From assembly GCF_006345805.1 (NCBI RefSeq), contig NC_042999.1, forward strand, positions 50,840,001-50,904,000: a stretch of DNA of 64,000 nucleotides, given 5' to 3'. This document shows positions 12,311 to 24,579 of this stretch, one piece after another. Numbering within the stretch: position 1 is the first letter of the stretch; each line of letters begins with the position of its first letter. The notes below the pieces were generated by a model. It saw only the letters and a program-made list of their open reading frames with translations. It was not told the origin of the DNA and searched no databases. A program made the position numbers and the translations under genes. This stretch comes from Octopus sinensis (Eukaryota).

Positions 12311-12713
12311 AGGCGCAGGAGTGGCTGTGTGGTAAGTAGCTTGCTTACCAACCACATGGTTCCGGGTTCAGTCCCACTGCGTGGCAACATGGGCAAGTGT
12401 CTTCTACTATAGCCTTGGGCCGACCAAAGCCTTGTGAGTGGATTTGGTAGATGGAAACTGAAAGAAGCCCGTCGTATATATGTATATATATGTATGTGTG
12501 TGTGTATATGCTTGTGTGTCTGTGTTTGTCTCCCCAACATCACTTGACAACCGATGCTGGTGTGTTTACGTCCCCGTCACTTAGCGGTTCGGCAAGAGAG
12601 ACCAATAGAATAAGTACTAGGCTTACAAAGAATAAGTCCTGGGGTCCATTTGTTCGACTAAAGGCGGTGCTCCAGCATGGCCACAGTCAAATGACTGAAA
12701 CAGGTAAAAGAGT
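12311..12713 (+). mobile_element. SINE family B full length (tRNA head, CORE-like domain, internal TA/TG microsatellite, 3' tail)
   Basis: GGCGCAGGAGTGGCTGTGTGGTAAG...GGTTCAGTCCC...GGGCAAGTGTCTT...(TA/TG)n...ATGACTGAAACAGGTAAAAGAGTA; many homologues in the window. Confidence 0.9.
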
Positions 12714-13150
12714 ATATGAATAACTTTTAGCTATACAATAGCACTATACATACATATATGTAACTTTTAGTTACACAATACATTAACCCAACATATACAC
12801 AGCTTTTAGTTTTTTTCAGTTGCATCATATATACTAAATACGTAAGTTTTCCTCATACAATAATATCGTACATACATACACAACTTTTAGCTTTACGATG
12901 GCGCCATAAACATATACAGAAATAGTACATAGAAAAACACCTTGATAAGTTATTTCCTTATGCATCAACAAGAAAACCAGTACATACTAGAACAAGAAGC
13001 TACATCTCTTTCATATCACACTCTGCCGTGTCAAAAAAGGAAGGAAATATTGTATTGTTATATCTGAAATAAAGACAAAATGCTCATGGCTTCAATACCT
13101 GTGATCATAAGTCTGCTTAATTATGGCTGAGAAGTAATTAGACAAGGACT

Positions 13151-13934
13151 TAAGGCGACGAACTGGCAAGCGTTAAAACGACGAGCAAAATGCTTAGTGG
13201 TATTTTGTCTGCCACTACGTTCGGAGTTCAAATTCCGTTGAGATCAACTTTGCCTTTCATCCTTTCAGAGTCGATTAAATAAGTACCAGTTATGCACTGG
13301 GGTTGATGTAACCAACTTAATCCGTTTATCTGTCCTTGTTTGTCCCTTCTGTGTTTAGCTCCTTGTGGGTAGTAAAGAAATAGGTATTTCGTCTGCCACT
13401 ACGTTCTGAGTTTAACTTCCGCAGAGGTCAACTTTGCCTTTCATCCTTTCGGAGTCGATTAAATAAGTACCAGTTACGCACTGGGGTCGATGTAACCAAC
13501 TTAATCCGTTTGTCTGTCCTTGTTTGTCCCTTCTGTGTTTAGCCCCTTGTGGGTAGTAAAGAAATAGGCATTTCGTCTGCCGCTACGTTCTGAGTTCAAA
13601 TTCCGCCGAGGTCAACTTTGCCTTTCATCCTTTCGGGGTCGATTAAACAAGTACCAGTTACGCACTGGGGTCGATGTAACCGACTTAATCCGTTTGTCTG
13701 TCCTTGTTTGTCCCTTCTGTGTTTAGCTCCTTGTGGGTAGTAAAGAAATAGGTATTTCGTCTGCCGCTACGTTCTGAGTTCAAATTCTGCCGAGGTCAAC
13801 TTTGCCTTTCATCCTTTCGGAGTCGATTAAACAAGTACCAGTTATGCTCTGGGGTCGATATAATCGACTTAATCCGTTTGTCTGTCCTTGTTTGTCCTCT
13901 CTGTGTGTAGCCCCTTGTGGGCAGTAAAGAAATA
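13151..13934 (+). mobile_element. SINE family A tetrameric concatemer (head + 4 x 184 bp), 11-bp TSD
   Basis: Units start at 13199, 13383, 13567, 13751; AGACAAGGACT at 13140-13150 and 13935-13945. Confidence 0.9.
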
Positions 13935-14622
13935 AGACAAGGACTCACTCCAAAACACTTTAACTCTCATAGCTATGCATACAAAATTACCCAACTTCCA
14001 GTTAATTTTTCTGTATATCTAACTCTTCTAAAATTCCAGTACAGACTGAAACACATTCACATTACCAAATGCAAACATAAACATCAAAGTTATATTTATA
14101 GCGTATCCTATGTGCTGAAAGATTTATCTGTATTGCAGTTGTTGGATAAGAGACTAAACCAATTTTCTGTTGTAGAGCAATTATATCTGGAATAATCATC
14201 CCTACACATTCTTCTTTGTTTTTTTTCTTTCTCTTCTGCCTCTTTTATTTCTTCTTATCCCTCTTCTTCATTTCTATACTGAACTGTACTCAGTGCCAAA
14301 TTAGTAACTTTATATTCCCTACTTGGGTAAAGACATGCATTAAGGCTCTTACATACGCAACCACAGGATACATAAGTGAACACTGAGCTGTGGTGACCTT
14401 CTCTCACCCCCTGGCAACGACCCAGTTTGCCTATGCATTGAGACAGGGCTGACAGTCACACCACGTTGTTCAGTCATAGGACAGATCCAGTAGCATATCT
14501 GCTTCTTGTGAGAAGAGTGTGCTGAGCACTCATTCAGCCCTTCTTCGTTTCTGAAGAAAGGGTTCACAATGAGTGATCTGCTACAATCCTCCTCATGGCA
14601 CAAAAGTAACCAATTTCAAAAT

Positions 14623-14789
14623 AGAGAGAGAGAGAGAGAGAAAGGAAGGAAGGAAGGAAGGAAAGAAAGGAAGGAAGGAAGGAAGGAGAAGGAAGGAGGA
14701 AGGAAGGAAGGAAGGAAGGAAGGAAGGAAGGAAGGAAGGAAAGGAAGGAAGGAAGGAAGGAAGGAAGGAAGGAAGGAAGGAAGGAAGGA

Positions 14790-14865
<76 letters not shown>

Positions 14866-14878
14866 AGAAAGGGAGAGA
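14623..14878. repeat. (GA)/(GAAG)/(GAAA)n polypurine tract
   Basis: Continuous purine-only tetranucleotide array. Confidence 0.95.
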
Positions 14879-15680
14879 AAAATTAACCCCAGTAAAAAAA
14901 TTAACCCCGGAACTTTATTTATAAACTCTAAAAGAATGGATAAAAGGTAAAATATTAAAAAAAAAAATGGGCAAAGGATTAAGGTTATCACTCAAGTAGG
15001 GAACAAGAGGATTTGAACTCAGAATGAAAAGAACTGGAACAAATATTTGAAGGCATCTCTTCCAGCGCTCTAACATTCTTGCCAGCCAATCACCCAAGAT
15101 TTATATTTGGCTTTCAAATTTTGGCACAAAGCCAGAAATTTAGTGGAAGAGGGTAAGTTGATTACACTGACCCTCAGTGCTCAACTGGTACTTATTTTAT
15201 TGACTCTGAAAGGATGAAAGGCAAAGTTGACCTTGGCAGTATTTGAACTTAAAATGTAACAAAGGATGAAAAGTCAACCTCGGCAGCATTTGAACTTAGA
15301 ATGTAACAATGGTCAAAATGCTTAGCAACATTTCGTCTGGCTCAGTAATGATTTTCCTAGCTCACTTCTTTCTGTTGCCTTACACATTGACCCTCGGAAA
15401 GATGAATGAAAAACATTTGCCTTCAGTAGGATTCTAACTCGGAGTGCAAAGAACCAGAATAAATTGATATTGAATTTTTGAAAGTGATACAGAGAAGAGC
15501 ATGAGAATAGGAGTGTGTGTTATTCATGCCTTTTCTAAAGACCATTAGTAGTGTGAAGGGAAGTGAAATGACACTACAACCAGAAACTGAGCCAGGGTTG
15601 TGAACTTGGATCACCAGCAGATTACTTTCATCTAATTTGATTTGACAAGAGATTACATTCATTTAATGGAACAGCTCACA

Positions 15681-15687
15681 CATGCAC

Positions 15688-15722
<35 letters not shown>

Positions 15723-15961
15723 CCACACACACACACACCGCACAAACATACACACACTATATCACATATACACACATACTACATCATATACATACACACT
15801 ACACCGTATGTATGAGCATACACATACAAACACACACACCACACACACAAACACACACATACACGCACACCGCACAAACATACACACACTATATCACATA
15901 TGCACACATACTACATCATATACATACACACTACACCGTATGTATGAGCATACACATACAA

Positions 15962-15993
<32 letters not shown>

Positions 15994-16570
15994 ACACGCA
16001 CACCGCACATACATACACACACTATATCACATATGCACACATACTACATCATATACATACACACTACACCGTATGTATGAGCATACACACACAAACACAC
16101 ACATACACGTACACCGCACAAACATACACACACTATATCACATATGCACACATACTACATCATATACATACACACTACACCGTATGTATGAGCATACACA
16201 TACAAACACACACACACACACACAAACACACACATACACGTACACCGCACAAACATACACACACTATATCACATATGCACACATACTACATCATATACAT
16301 ACACACTACACCGTATGTATGAGCATACACATACAAACACACACACACACACAAACACACACATACACGCACACCGCACATACATACACACATTATATCA
16401 CATATGCACACATACTACATCATATACATACACACTACACTGCATGTGTGAGCATACACATACAAACACACACACACTGCACAGACATACACACATTATA
16501 TCACATATGCACACATACTACATCATATACATACACACGACACCGCATGTGTGAGCAAACACATACAAAT

Positions 16571-16606
<36 letters not shown>

Positions 16607-16725
16607 GCACACCGCACATACATACTCACATTATATCACATATGCACACATACTACATCATATACATACACACTACACCACATGTGTGAGCATACACATA
16701 CAAACACACACACACACACACACTA
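15681..16725. repeat. CA-rich minisatellite, ~105-135-bp unit, about 8 copies
   Basis: Repeated ACACTATATCACATATGCACACATACTACATCATATACATACACACTACACCGTATGTATGAGCATAC with variable (CA)n spacers. Confidence 0.9.
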
Positions 16726-17474
16726 GACCACATATGCATACATACATACACTAAATCTTACATGCACATACACACATTTCATAAATGCATACACAATTCT
16801 CACATGTGCATACTCACAGTCCATACATCAGGCACAGACAAGACAACACATCTCATACATCACTACACACATATACACACACGTAAGCCAACAAAGAAGC
16901 CTCTATGTGGTCACTTGACTTACTGAAAATAGCAGCCAAATTTCTCTTACATCAACCCTACCATCTGGGTACATTGGATAATATAATCCGGAACTAAAGC
17001 CTGGAATTATACTTATATCATCTTTGATCTAAAGTTTACCAGACCAGTATCAGCCTGGTGTTATTTAATAACATCAACAATAACAACAAACATACAATCT
17101 ACATATCTCACCACTCATACAATATATACTTTATTAGACATACGTACATACACATGTGTACATACGCACACATCATGTTACCACATATACAAAGCACACA
17201 ATTTACTATTCATACACATTTCACCATCTTTACCACATTTCACCACAGGCACACATACACACACACATTCTCATCATATAAACACATCACATATTTCACC
17301 ATAAACATTGCATACTCACGCACACATAATATATTCATTAGCAGCAACCAAATTTCTCTCAAATCATGTCCTATCACCTTAAACATCTTAAAATACATCA
17401 CATACTTCTTCACACACATCACACATTTCAGTAGACATATACACACACAACACACATTTCACAATACACACGCA

Positions 17475-17835
17475 CATCACATATCTTACTAAAGGCATCA
17501 CATGTTTTACCATATACCACACCAAAAACACACAAATCACACACACACACACACACACCATATATTTCACTGCATACATTACATACCACACCACATCACA
17601 TATCTTACAAAAGGCATCACATATTTCCCCACATACCACATACCACACCAAAAACACACAAATCACACACACACATGCCATATATTTCACTGCACACATT
17701 ACATACCACACAAGATCACATATCTTACAAAAGGCATCACATATTTCTCCACATACTACATACCACACCAAAAACACACAAATCACACACACACACATAC
17801 ACACACCATATATTACAGGGCACACATTACATACC
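17475..17835. repeat. Second CA-rich minisatellite, ~120-bp unit x3
   Basis: Repeated ATCACATATCTTACAAAAGGCATCACATATT...ACCAAAAACACACAAATCAC. Confidence 0.85.
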
Positions 17836-18184
17836 ACACAACATCACACTACACACATTACATATTGCAGTGCAAAAACATCACATACTTCACCCCACGC
17901 AGCACAAAACTCACCACATATATTACATACTCCACCACATACATTACATAGCTCACCACACACATCACATGCATCCCAATGGAAGAAATTAATTTATATT
18001 GATTATATCACAGCAAAGAATAAGAGAATAATTGACTTCAAACCCAATTTGGATATTTTTAAAATGATATGTTGTTGTTGCTACTGCTGCTGTTGTTTAG
18101 CTCGGTTCAACTCTAATCAAACAGGCTTACAATTATATGCATTGCATTTGTGACCTAACCAATTTTTATCTGTATATACTGGCA

Positions 18185-19060
18185 CTCTATCAATTATGAC
18201 AATGGAGGGTCTAACTGACCCAATCAATGGGACAGCTTGCTCATGAGATTAGTGTGCAAGTGGCTGAGCATTCCACTGACATGCATACCCTTAATGTATT
18301 AGGTTGTTTGGAAAGTCCGTGCCGATTTATAGCAGCTTACCTTTCGACTTATTTTAGAACATGGTTGAGTCCATAAAATAGGATTTGACTACACCTCCAG
18401 TTTAAGCTATCTTTTCATGGGAGAAGGTTTATGTTCCTATAACCTGTGTTAATTCTGTAACCCTTTAAAATGGAAGATAAGAAAGTTCATTTTTGGCACT
18501 TGATGCTTTGGGAACCAAGCAAAAATTGCTGCAGCTCAGCTGGGATGTGTTTCCCCACCCTTCATATTCACCAGATATTGCTCCTTCAGATTTCCACTTA
18601 TTCAGGTCTCTGCAGAATAGTCTTAATGGTAAAAATTTCAGTTCCTTGGATGATGTAAAAAGACACCTTGATGAATTCTTTGCCAAGAAACCACCTCAAT
18701 TCTGGGAAGAGGGTATTTTCAAGTTAAAGGAAAGATGGTGATGCAGTGTGCAACAAAATGGCTCATATCTGGTTGATTAAAAGTTTAATGGCAAGTATTT
18801 ATTGACCTTTTTCTTTCCTTTAAAAATCGGCACGAACTTTCCAGACAGCCCAATAGTTCTCAGCGAAATTCAGCATGACACAAAATGTGACAAAGCTGGC
18901 TCTTTGAATTACAGGTACAACTGATTTTTGCCAGATGTGTAGACTGGAGTAACATGAAATAAGTGTCTTGCACAGGAACACAATACACTACCAAGAATTG
19001 AACTCATGACCTTACAATTGTGAGCTGATTACCTTAACCACTAGGCCATGTGCCTTCACA
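18185..19060 (-). mobile_element. tRNA-derived SINE (family C-related head) interrupted by a mariner
   Basis: Homologous to the + strand copy 29510-29835; an extra head copy follows at ~19090-19195. Confidence 0.7.
18299..18853 (+). mobile_element. Internally deleted mariner transposon with TIRs and TA TSD
   Basis: TA|TTAGGTTGTTTGGAAAGTCCGTGCCGATTT ... AAATCGGCACGAACTTTCCAGACAGCCCAA|TA; start MEDKKVHF joined to C-terminus HPSYSPDIAPSDFHLFRSLQN...WEEGIFKLKERW. Confidence 0.92.
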
Positions 19061-20131
19061 AAGACATTGTCCAATGTGTCTTTTGCCCCATGAAATAAAG
19101 TATCTTGTTCAAGGGCACAACACGCTGCCAGGAATCGAACTCATGACCTTACAGTCAAGAGCCATTTACTCTAACCACTAAGCTACATACCTTCACAAAG
19201 ACATTATCCAATGTGTCTTTTGCTCATTTATGACTGTGGATGTACAACTTGAGTGAGATTTGGCTGCTATTTCTTGCAGATTACATGTCTATATACAGCC
19301 TCCTTTGTTGACTCTTAAGATTATGTAAAGACAATCTCAAGTTGTCTGAAATTATTATAGCTCATATTTTGTTTCTAAGAACTAGTATATGTAATACACT
19401 TTTACCATCAACAGAAGCTATTATTGATAGAGATCTTTAAAAGCTATTCATTTATAGTCATTTTTAAACATAAGTGAGAATATGTTAAATGTCAGCTAGT
19501 ATATTTATCATTATCATCATTACTGACAGTTTTTAAATTTTTTTTTATCAATGCTAACATGGTTTTAGACATATCTGAAGTGTAAACTATTTGAATTGAC
19601 AATTCACTGTCAGTTCTCCCAAACACCTTTTTTAATATCTGTTGAATTACATTAAATAAATGTAGAATTACAGCATAGAAAACACTTATAAAATACAAAT
19701 ATATAAACATCATTTAATAACTAGTAGATTAACTTAAATTGTTTTCAGGCCTTCCAATTTAAAAAAGAAAAATGTAATAACCTCATAAACTTTATAAAAT
19801 TAGTTTAAATCAATTTTATTTGAACTTCTATAGCTTCAACAGCAAAACTTTAATTTTAGAGATATATTAGCATTGCTCTACAAAAATATATTAGAATATT
19901 ATGTCTGGATATTTGAAGCTGCAATTCATACTCTCAATCCTACTTTACACAATTATGGCTTCAAATATATGTGCAGGCATGGTTGTGTGGTAAGAAGCTT
20001 GCTTCCCAACTATATGGTTCCAGGTTCAGTCCCACTGCATGGTAACTTAGGAAAGTTTTCTTCTACTTATAGCCTTGGGCTGACCAAAGACTTGTGAACC
20101 AATTTGGTAAATGGAAACTAAGAGAAACTTC

Positions 20132-20216
20132 AGGAGTGGCTGTGTGGTAAGTAGCTTGCTTACCAACCACATGGTTCTGGGTTGGTAAGCAAGCTACTTA
20201 CCACACAGCCACTCCT
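20132..20216. repeat. Perfect inverted duplication of SINE-B head (37-bp stem, 11-nt loop)
   Basis: AGGAGTGGCTGTGTGGTAAGTAGCTTGCTTACCAACC at 20132-20168 and its exact reverse complement at 20180-20216. Confidence 0.92.
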
Positions 20217-20808
20217 ATGTGCTATGAAAGGCAACTTGTGTTTGAAAGTAACTATGTCAGTCTCTTGGCATCTGATGGAAACAATCAAGTTAGGAAAAAC
20301 TCTAAATCATCCCTAGTAATGTACAGAATCTGTAAATGATACTCAAACTAAACAGGTAATAATGCTTCAAGATTTATACCATTAAGACATACCAATCGTG
20401 TGCTGTGTACACAAGCATCTAAGAAAGCAGAAGAAAATAAAAATATTAAAAGAGAACAAGTGCAAGCAACTAGCAGAAAATCAGGCAAAATATTTGAATG
20501 GTAAACTATTGATAGAGTAACATATCTGTACTCACTACAAACAGTTTGAAAATAGGCTGGAGTATTCTTACTGCCTTGTGTGTCTCAAGGTGTAAGTTAC
20601 AGTGCTTATGTCTGAGTCAAGTACTCTAAGAAGAAACCAGACTGCAATAGCTAAAACTAAGCAAACAGTTACAATCTCATAATCATAGTTCAACAATTAT
20701 TATCATAGCAAACAAGATGTTCTTAATTCCAAGTCTCTTAACTCACCTAAACTCGTCTGTTTCTTAGATTTATGTTTCACAATGAGAAAATTAGCCATTT
20801 CTTTTCAG

Positions 20809-20891
20809 ATTCTGTACACATATAAACATCCTTTACCATTATCACTTATTTTTTCCACACTATGTCTGTTAGTTGTGGCCGAGCATATAAT
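20809..20891 (+). CDS. Candidate coding exon (hydrophobic peptide), unidentified
   Basis: Acceptor TTTCTTTTCAG, donor AT|GTGAGT; only one frame is open: ILYTYKHPLPLSLIFSTLCLLVVAEHI. No family recognised. Confidence 0.3.
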
Positions 20892-21551
20892 GTGAGTGTT
20901 AATAGATTCATGAATTTCTGCCTTTATATAACTTATTGTATTATTGCTGCATAACTCTCTCTCTCTCCCACTCACTTGCTCTCTCTTCATGTATATAACA
21001 TACATTATCATAAGAAACACATCCACCCATTTTTGTGTATACAAACATTTTTAAAAGCAAGAACAGCATAGCTACAAGTTGAATACGTCCGCACCAACAA
21101 AGATTGACAAAAAAATAAACAAATACAAATATCCATTGTTAATTTAGACTTCATAAAATACTATAATTCTATTGATGCTAAACAACCTGGAGACACTACA
21201 AGCCAAACTAGATCTCATAAATCTATTTATTGATGTAATAACACATGACTACAACAGGCCACAAACCAGCTCGCAAACATTTGCAACTGAAATTGGAAGT
21301 AATATAACAACAAATTTAGTTTTCTTTTCATATTTATTATTAGAATAAAAGAAATATTTTTGTTATTGTTATCCAAGTTTATCTTACTTCATTAAAAACT
21401 TTCAGAATTTTAATTACACAAAATGTATGATTCTTTCTCAACAAGACGTAATTAAGCATTCTCTTCTTAATTTTAAGGTAAACGTTTAGTGTCATATTCT
21501 GTTACCTTGTTGAAGGGTATGCATCAGAGATTTATAAGTGTATGTGCGTGC

Positions 21552-21590
<39 letters not shown>

Positions 21591-22682
21591 TGTGTGTGCT
21601 GCATGTGCATGTTCCTGTTTGTGTTTATGTTATAGTATGCATGTTTCACTGTGAGTGTATATTGCTGTTTTCTCAAACCAGTTAGCTTTCCGATAAAAAG
21701 AAATCAATACTTTCATTTCTAGTAATTGATATACTTAGCATATTATATAAGCTAAGTAATCAACAATACATCAAAAGAGGTCGTATTGTTTGATATTTTA
21801 TTAAAAAGAAGCTTTTCAAAGATGCCAAAACCCTTACAATCATATTTTCAAACCTTTTAATATTCATCAGTAAAAAATTTAACCACATACATGTTTTATT
21901 AAACTGCTACATAATATAATACTACTTACTTCATCAGAAGGTGATCTTTAACATGCACTGAATGGATGCATTGCAGCATGCTGAAAGTCAGGGTTGAGAA
22001 TTAATGTTGTGAAGAGAGACATTGGTTCTCAAAAGAAAGTCTTCCCAGTACACTCTTTATGTTAGTGGAACACCAATGAAGCAAGTGGAGAAATTTAACT
22101 TTTTAGTATTCACATTATTCTGTCAAATGTGAAGCATATGTATTCACATTGTTTTGAATTATCATGCATTATATTATAGTTTAGAGATTTCAATGATGTA
22201 ATTGTTTAGCTTAAGAATGAAATTGTAGGGTTAAGGTGAGAGGCTGGATCTAGCCAGTTTCAAAATGAAACAAATATTTTGGACTGATATGGTCAGTTTG
22301 AATGCTAAAGGGTCAAATGTATCAGGGCGCTGAGTTCACAAATGAGGAAAAACAGGAGGCCGGATTGCACCAAGCCAATATATATGTTATAATTTAGAAC
22401 AAAGTGTAAAAGGTTGTCATTATAGTACTTGGAGTTTCGAATGTCGGAGAAAAGAGCTATGATACATTCTTGTCAGCTATTAATGGCAACAGACACTATG
22501 AAAAATCGTTGAAGAAAAGGCAAGTTACTCTAATAGGTAGAAAAATAAAAAGGATAACAGATAAAAATGCATGCAACCATATTCACACAATACATAGTCA
22601 TAAACCCCCTGCATTCACATATGTACACACTCCACACAAACACGTATACATGCATGCACATACACACACACATTATTGGATA

Positions 22683-22740
22683 ATTCCAGATCCTGGATTT
22701 CTGGCTTTGCATAAGAAATGCTTTGCCTCATCAGTGGAAT
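22683..22740 (-). ncRNA. Type I hammerhead-like ribozyme (left arm)
   Basis: AUUCCA-CUGAUGA-GGC..GCAU/AUGC..GCC-A-GAA-AUCCAGGAU-C-UGGAAU on the minus strand. Confidence 0.55.
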
Positions 22741-22857
22741 ACACGCAAAGTAGTACATAAATACATGCATATATGTAAGTACTCATATGTTGCGTGTGTG
22801 TGTGTATGTGTATATATATATATATATATATTTGTTTTTATGCACTACTTTGTGTGT

Positions 22858-22914
22858 ATTCCACTGATGAGGCAGAGCATTTCTTATGCAAAGCCAGAAA
22901 TCCGGATCTGGAAT
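22858..22914 (+). ncRNA. Type I hammerhead-like ribozyme (right arm)
   Basis: Stem I AUUCCA/UGGAAU, core CUGAUGA...GAA, stem II GGC..GCAU-loop-AUGC..GCC, palindromic stem III AUCCGGAU, AUC site at C22908; one extra A before GAAA. Confidence 0.65.
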
Positions 22915-23155
22915 TATCCAATAATTTTTTGTTAGTTTATTTTGTCTCTCTGTCTTCTCTCCTGGTGCTGTATGAACATTTAATGTGGTTTTAGAGTCAA
23001 GTTTTGGCTGCTATATCTAGCATGGTGGTATCTTTTAGATACCCTTAATTATGATTTTAATAAATAATTATTACATATGAGGTTTTTATTCCCATGCTAG
23101 CCACTTGATATGATCGGTATTTTAAATAATGATCTTATCCTTATTTATATAAATT

Positions 23156-23191
<36 letters not shown>

Positions 23192-24304
23192 TATATATAT
23201 ACACACACACACACATATACATATACACACACACACATACATATATATACATATGCATGTGTGTGTGTGTGTGTGTGTGATGAGCTTCCACAAAGTTTCT
23301 ATCTTCTATATTTTATTCATATGACATTATTGACCAGCCTGAACCTACAAGATATTGCATAATGTCTCCAAACCTGAAGCCATATGCTTACAAAGCAAGC
23401 TTCTTAAACACACACACCTGCTTGCATATATACTTAATATATACACATGTGCACACAAGCACATACATATCGACACAAGCACACACACACGCACATATAC
23501 TGATACACCTACTTAAAGGTAAATATCTGATAGCCATAACAAAATGGAACATTTTATAACTAACATTAATGGCAATTTAAGATAAAAATTGTACATTTTT
23601 TTCACATTTACGATTCTCAGACATTAGAGCAAAGATGGAATAATGCACATCATTAGAATTCTGATTAATTCTAGAGACATACTTTATTTTTTTTTTTTTT
23701 TATATTTTGTCACTTCTAACCCCAATTTAGCTGACAGTTCCACAAAGTCTGTGTAGCGCAAAATTTCAACATTTAACCTCTCAGCTTTTAAGTGACATAC
23801 TGCTGCCTTTCAAATGTGTATGTTCTCAGTCAAATACACTAATATTTTCTATCTGTAATATTTCATCTAATTATTTTCTTATAGTTTATTAATCTTTGAC
23901 TGTTCTGATTCACTGGGTAGAATAATGGAAGTTAGTTTTAATGGCCCTTTTTTGGCAGACATCTATTGGTAACAATGAAATGAAATTGGTTATTGTAAGT
24001 GTGTACAAGTTTCTTTCATTGTTGATTGTTTTTAACAAGATAGTTAAATAAGAAGTATCACTGCTCATGGTCTGTACAAGTCTCCTATGACTAATAAGAC
24101 TGAAGCGAATTTTGTTCAGATTGAACATCTGTAGTTCAGTGTATCTGTAAGAAAATCTGGACAAGAAGGGAGTGTAGGGTTATCATTCTGCTAATGGAGG
24201 ACTGGGAAAAGCATATGCAACAAAACTTAGAAGCTGAGGTACAGTAAAGGATAAATTAGTTTTGCGAAGAGAGAAATGCCAAGAAACTATTTCAGAAGCT
24301 ATTT

Positions 24305-24537
24305 AAGGTGGCAAGCTGGCAGAAACGTTAGCACGCCGGGCGAAATGCTTACCAGTATTTCGTCTGCCGCTACATTCTGAGTTCAAATTCCTCCGAGGTC
24401 GACTTTGCCTTTCATCTTTTCGGGGTCAATTAAATAAGTACTAGTTACACACTGGGGTCAATATAATCGACTTAATCCGTTTGTCTGTCCTTGTTTGCTC
24501 TCTCTATGTTTAGCCCATAGTGGGTAGTAAAGAAATA
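24305..24537 (+). mobile_element. SINE family A monomer with 11-bp TSD
   Basis: AGAAGCTATTT at 24294-24304 and 24538-24548 defines the ~233-bp unit. Confidence 0.9.
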
Positions 24538-24579
24538 AGAAGCTATTTCAGAGGAACAGAGAGAGCATTGTAGAGGTGC

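Larger units (their letters stand above)
22672..22925. mobile_element. Palindromic element with ~90-bp arms around a TG/TA spacer (PLE-like inverted termini)
   Basis: ATTATTGGATAATTCCAGATCC...TAGTACATAAA and its near-exact reverse complement ending TCTGGAATTATCCAATAAT. Confidence 0.85.

Noticed and set aside
13199-13934. CRISPR-like array
   Set aside because: Whole 184-bp units repeat with no unique spacers; no cas genes; eukaryotic SINE context.
14569-14991. Lys/Glu/Arg-rich and Phe/Leu/Ser-rich ORFs
   Set aside because: (GAAG)/(GAAA)n microsatellite.
15682-16754. 304-aa His/Thr-rich ORF
   Set aside because: Stop-poor CA minisatellite open in several frames; no coding signature.
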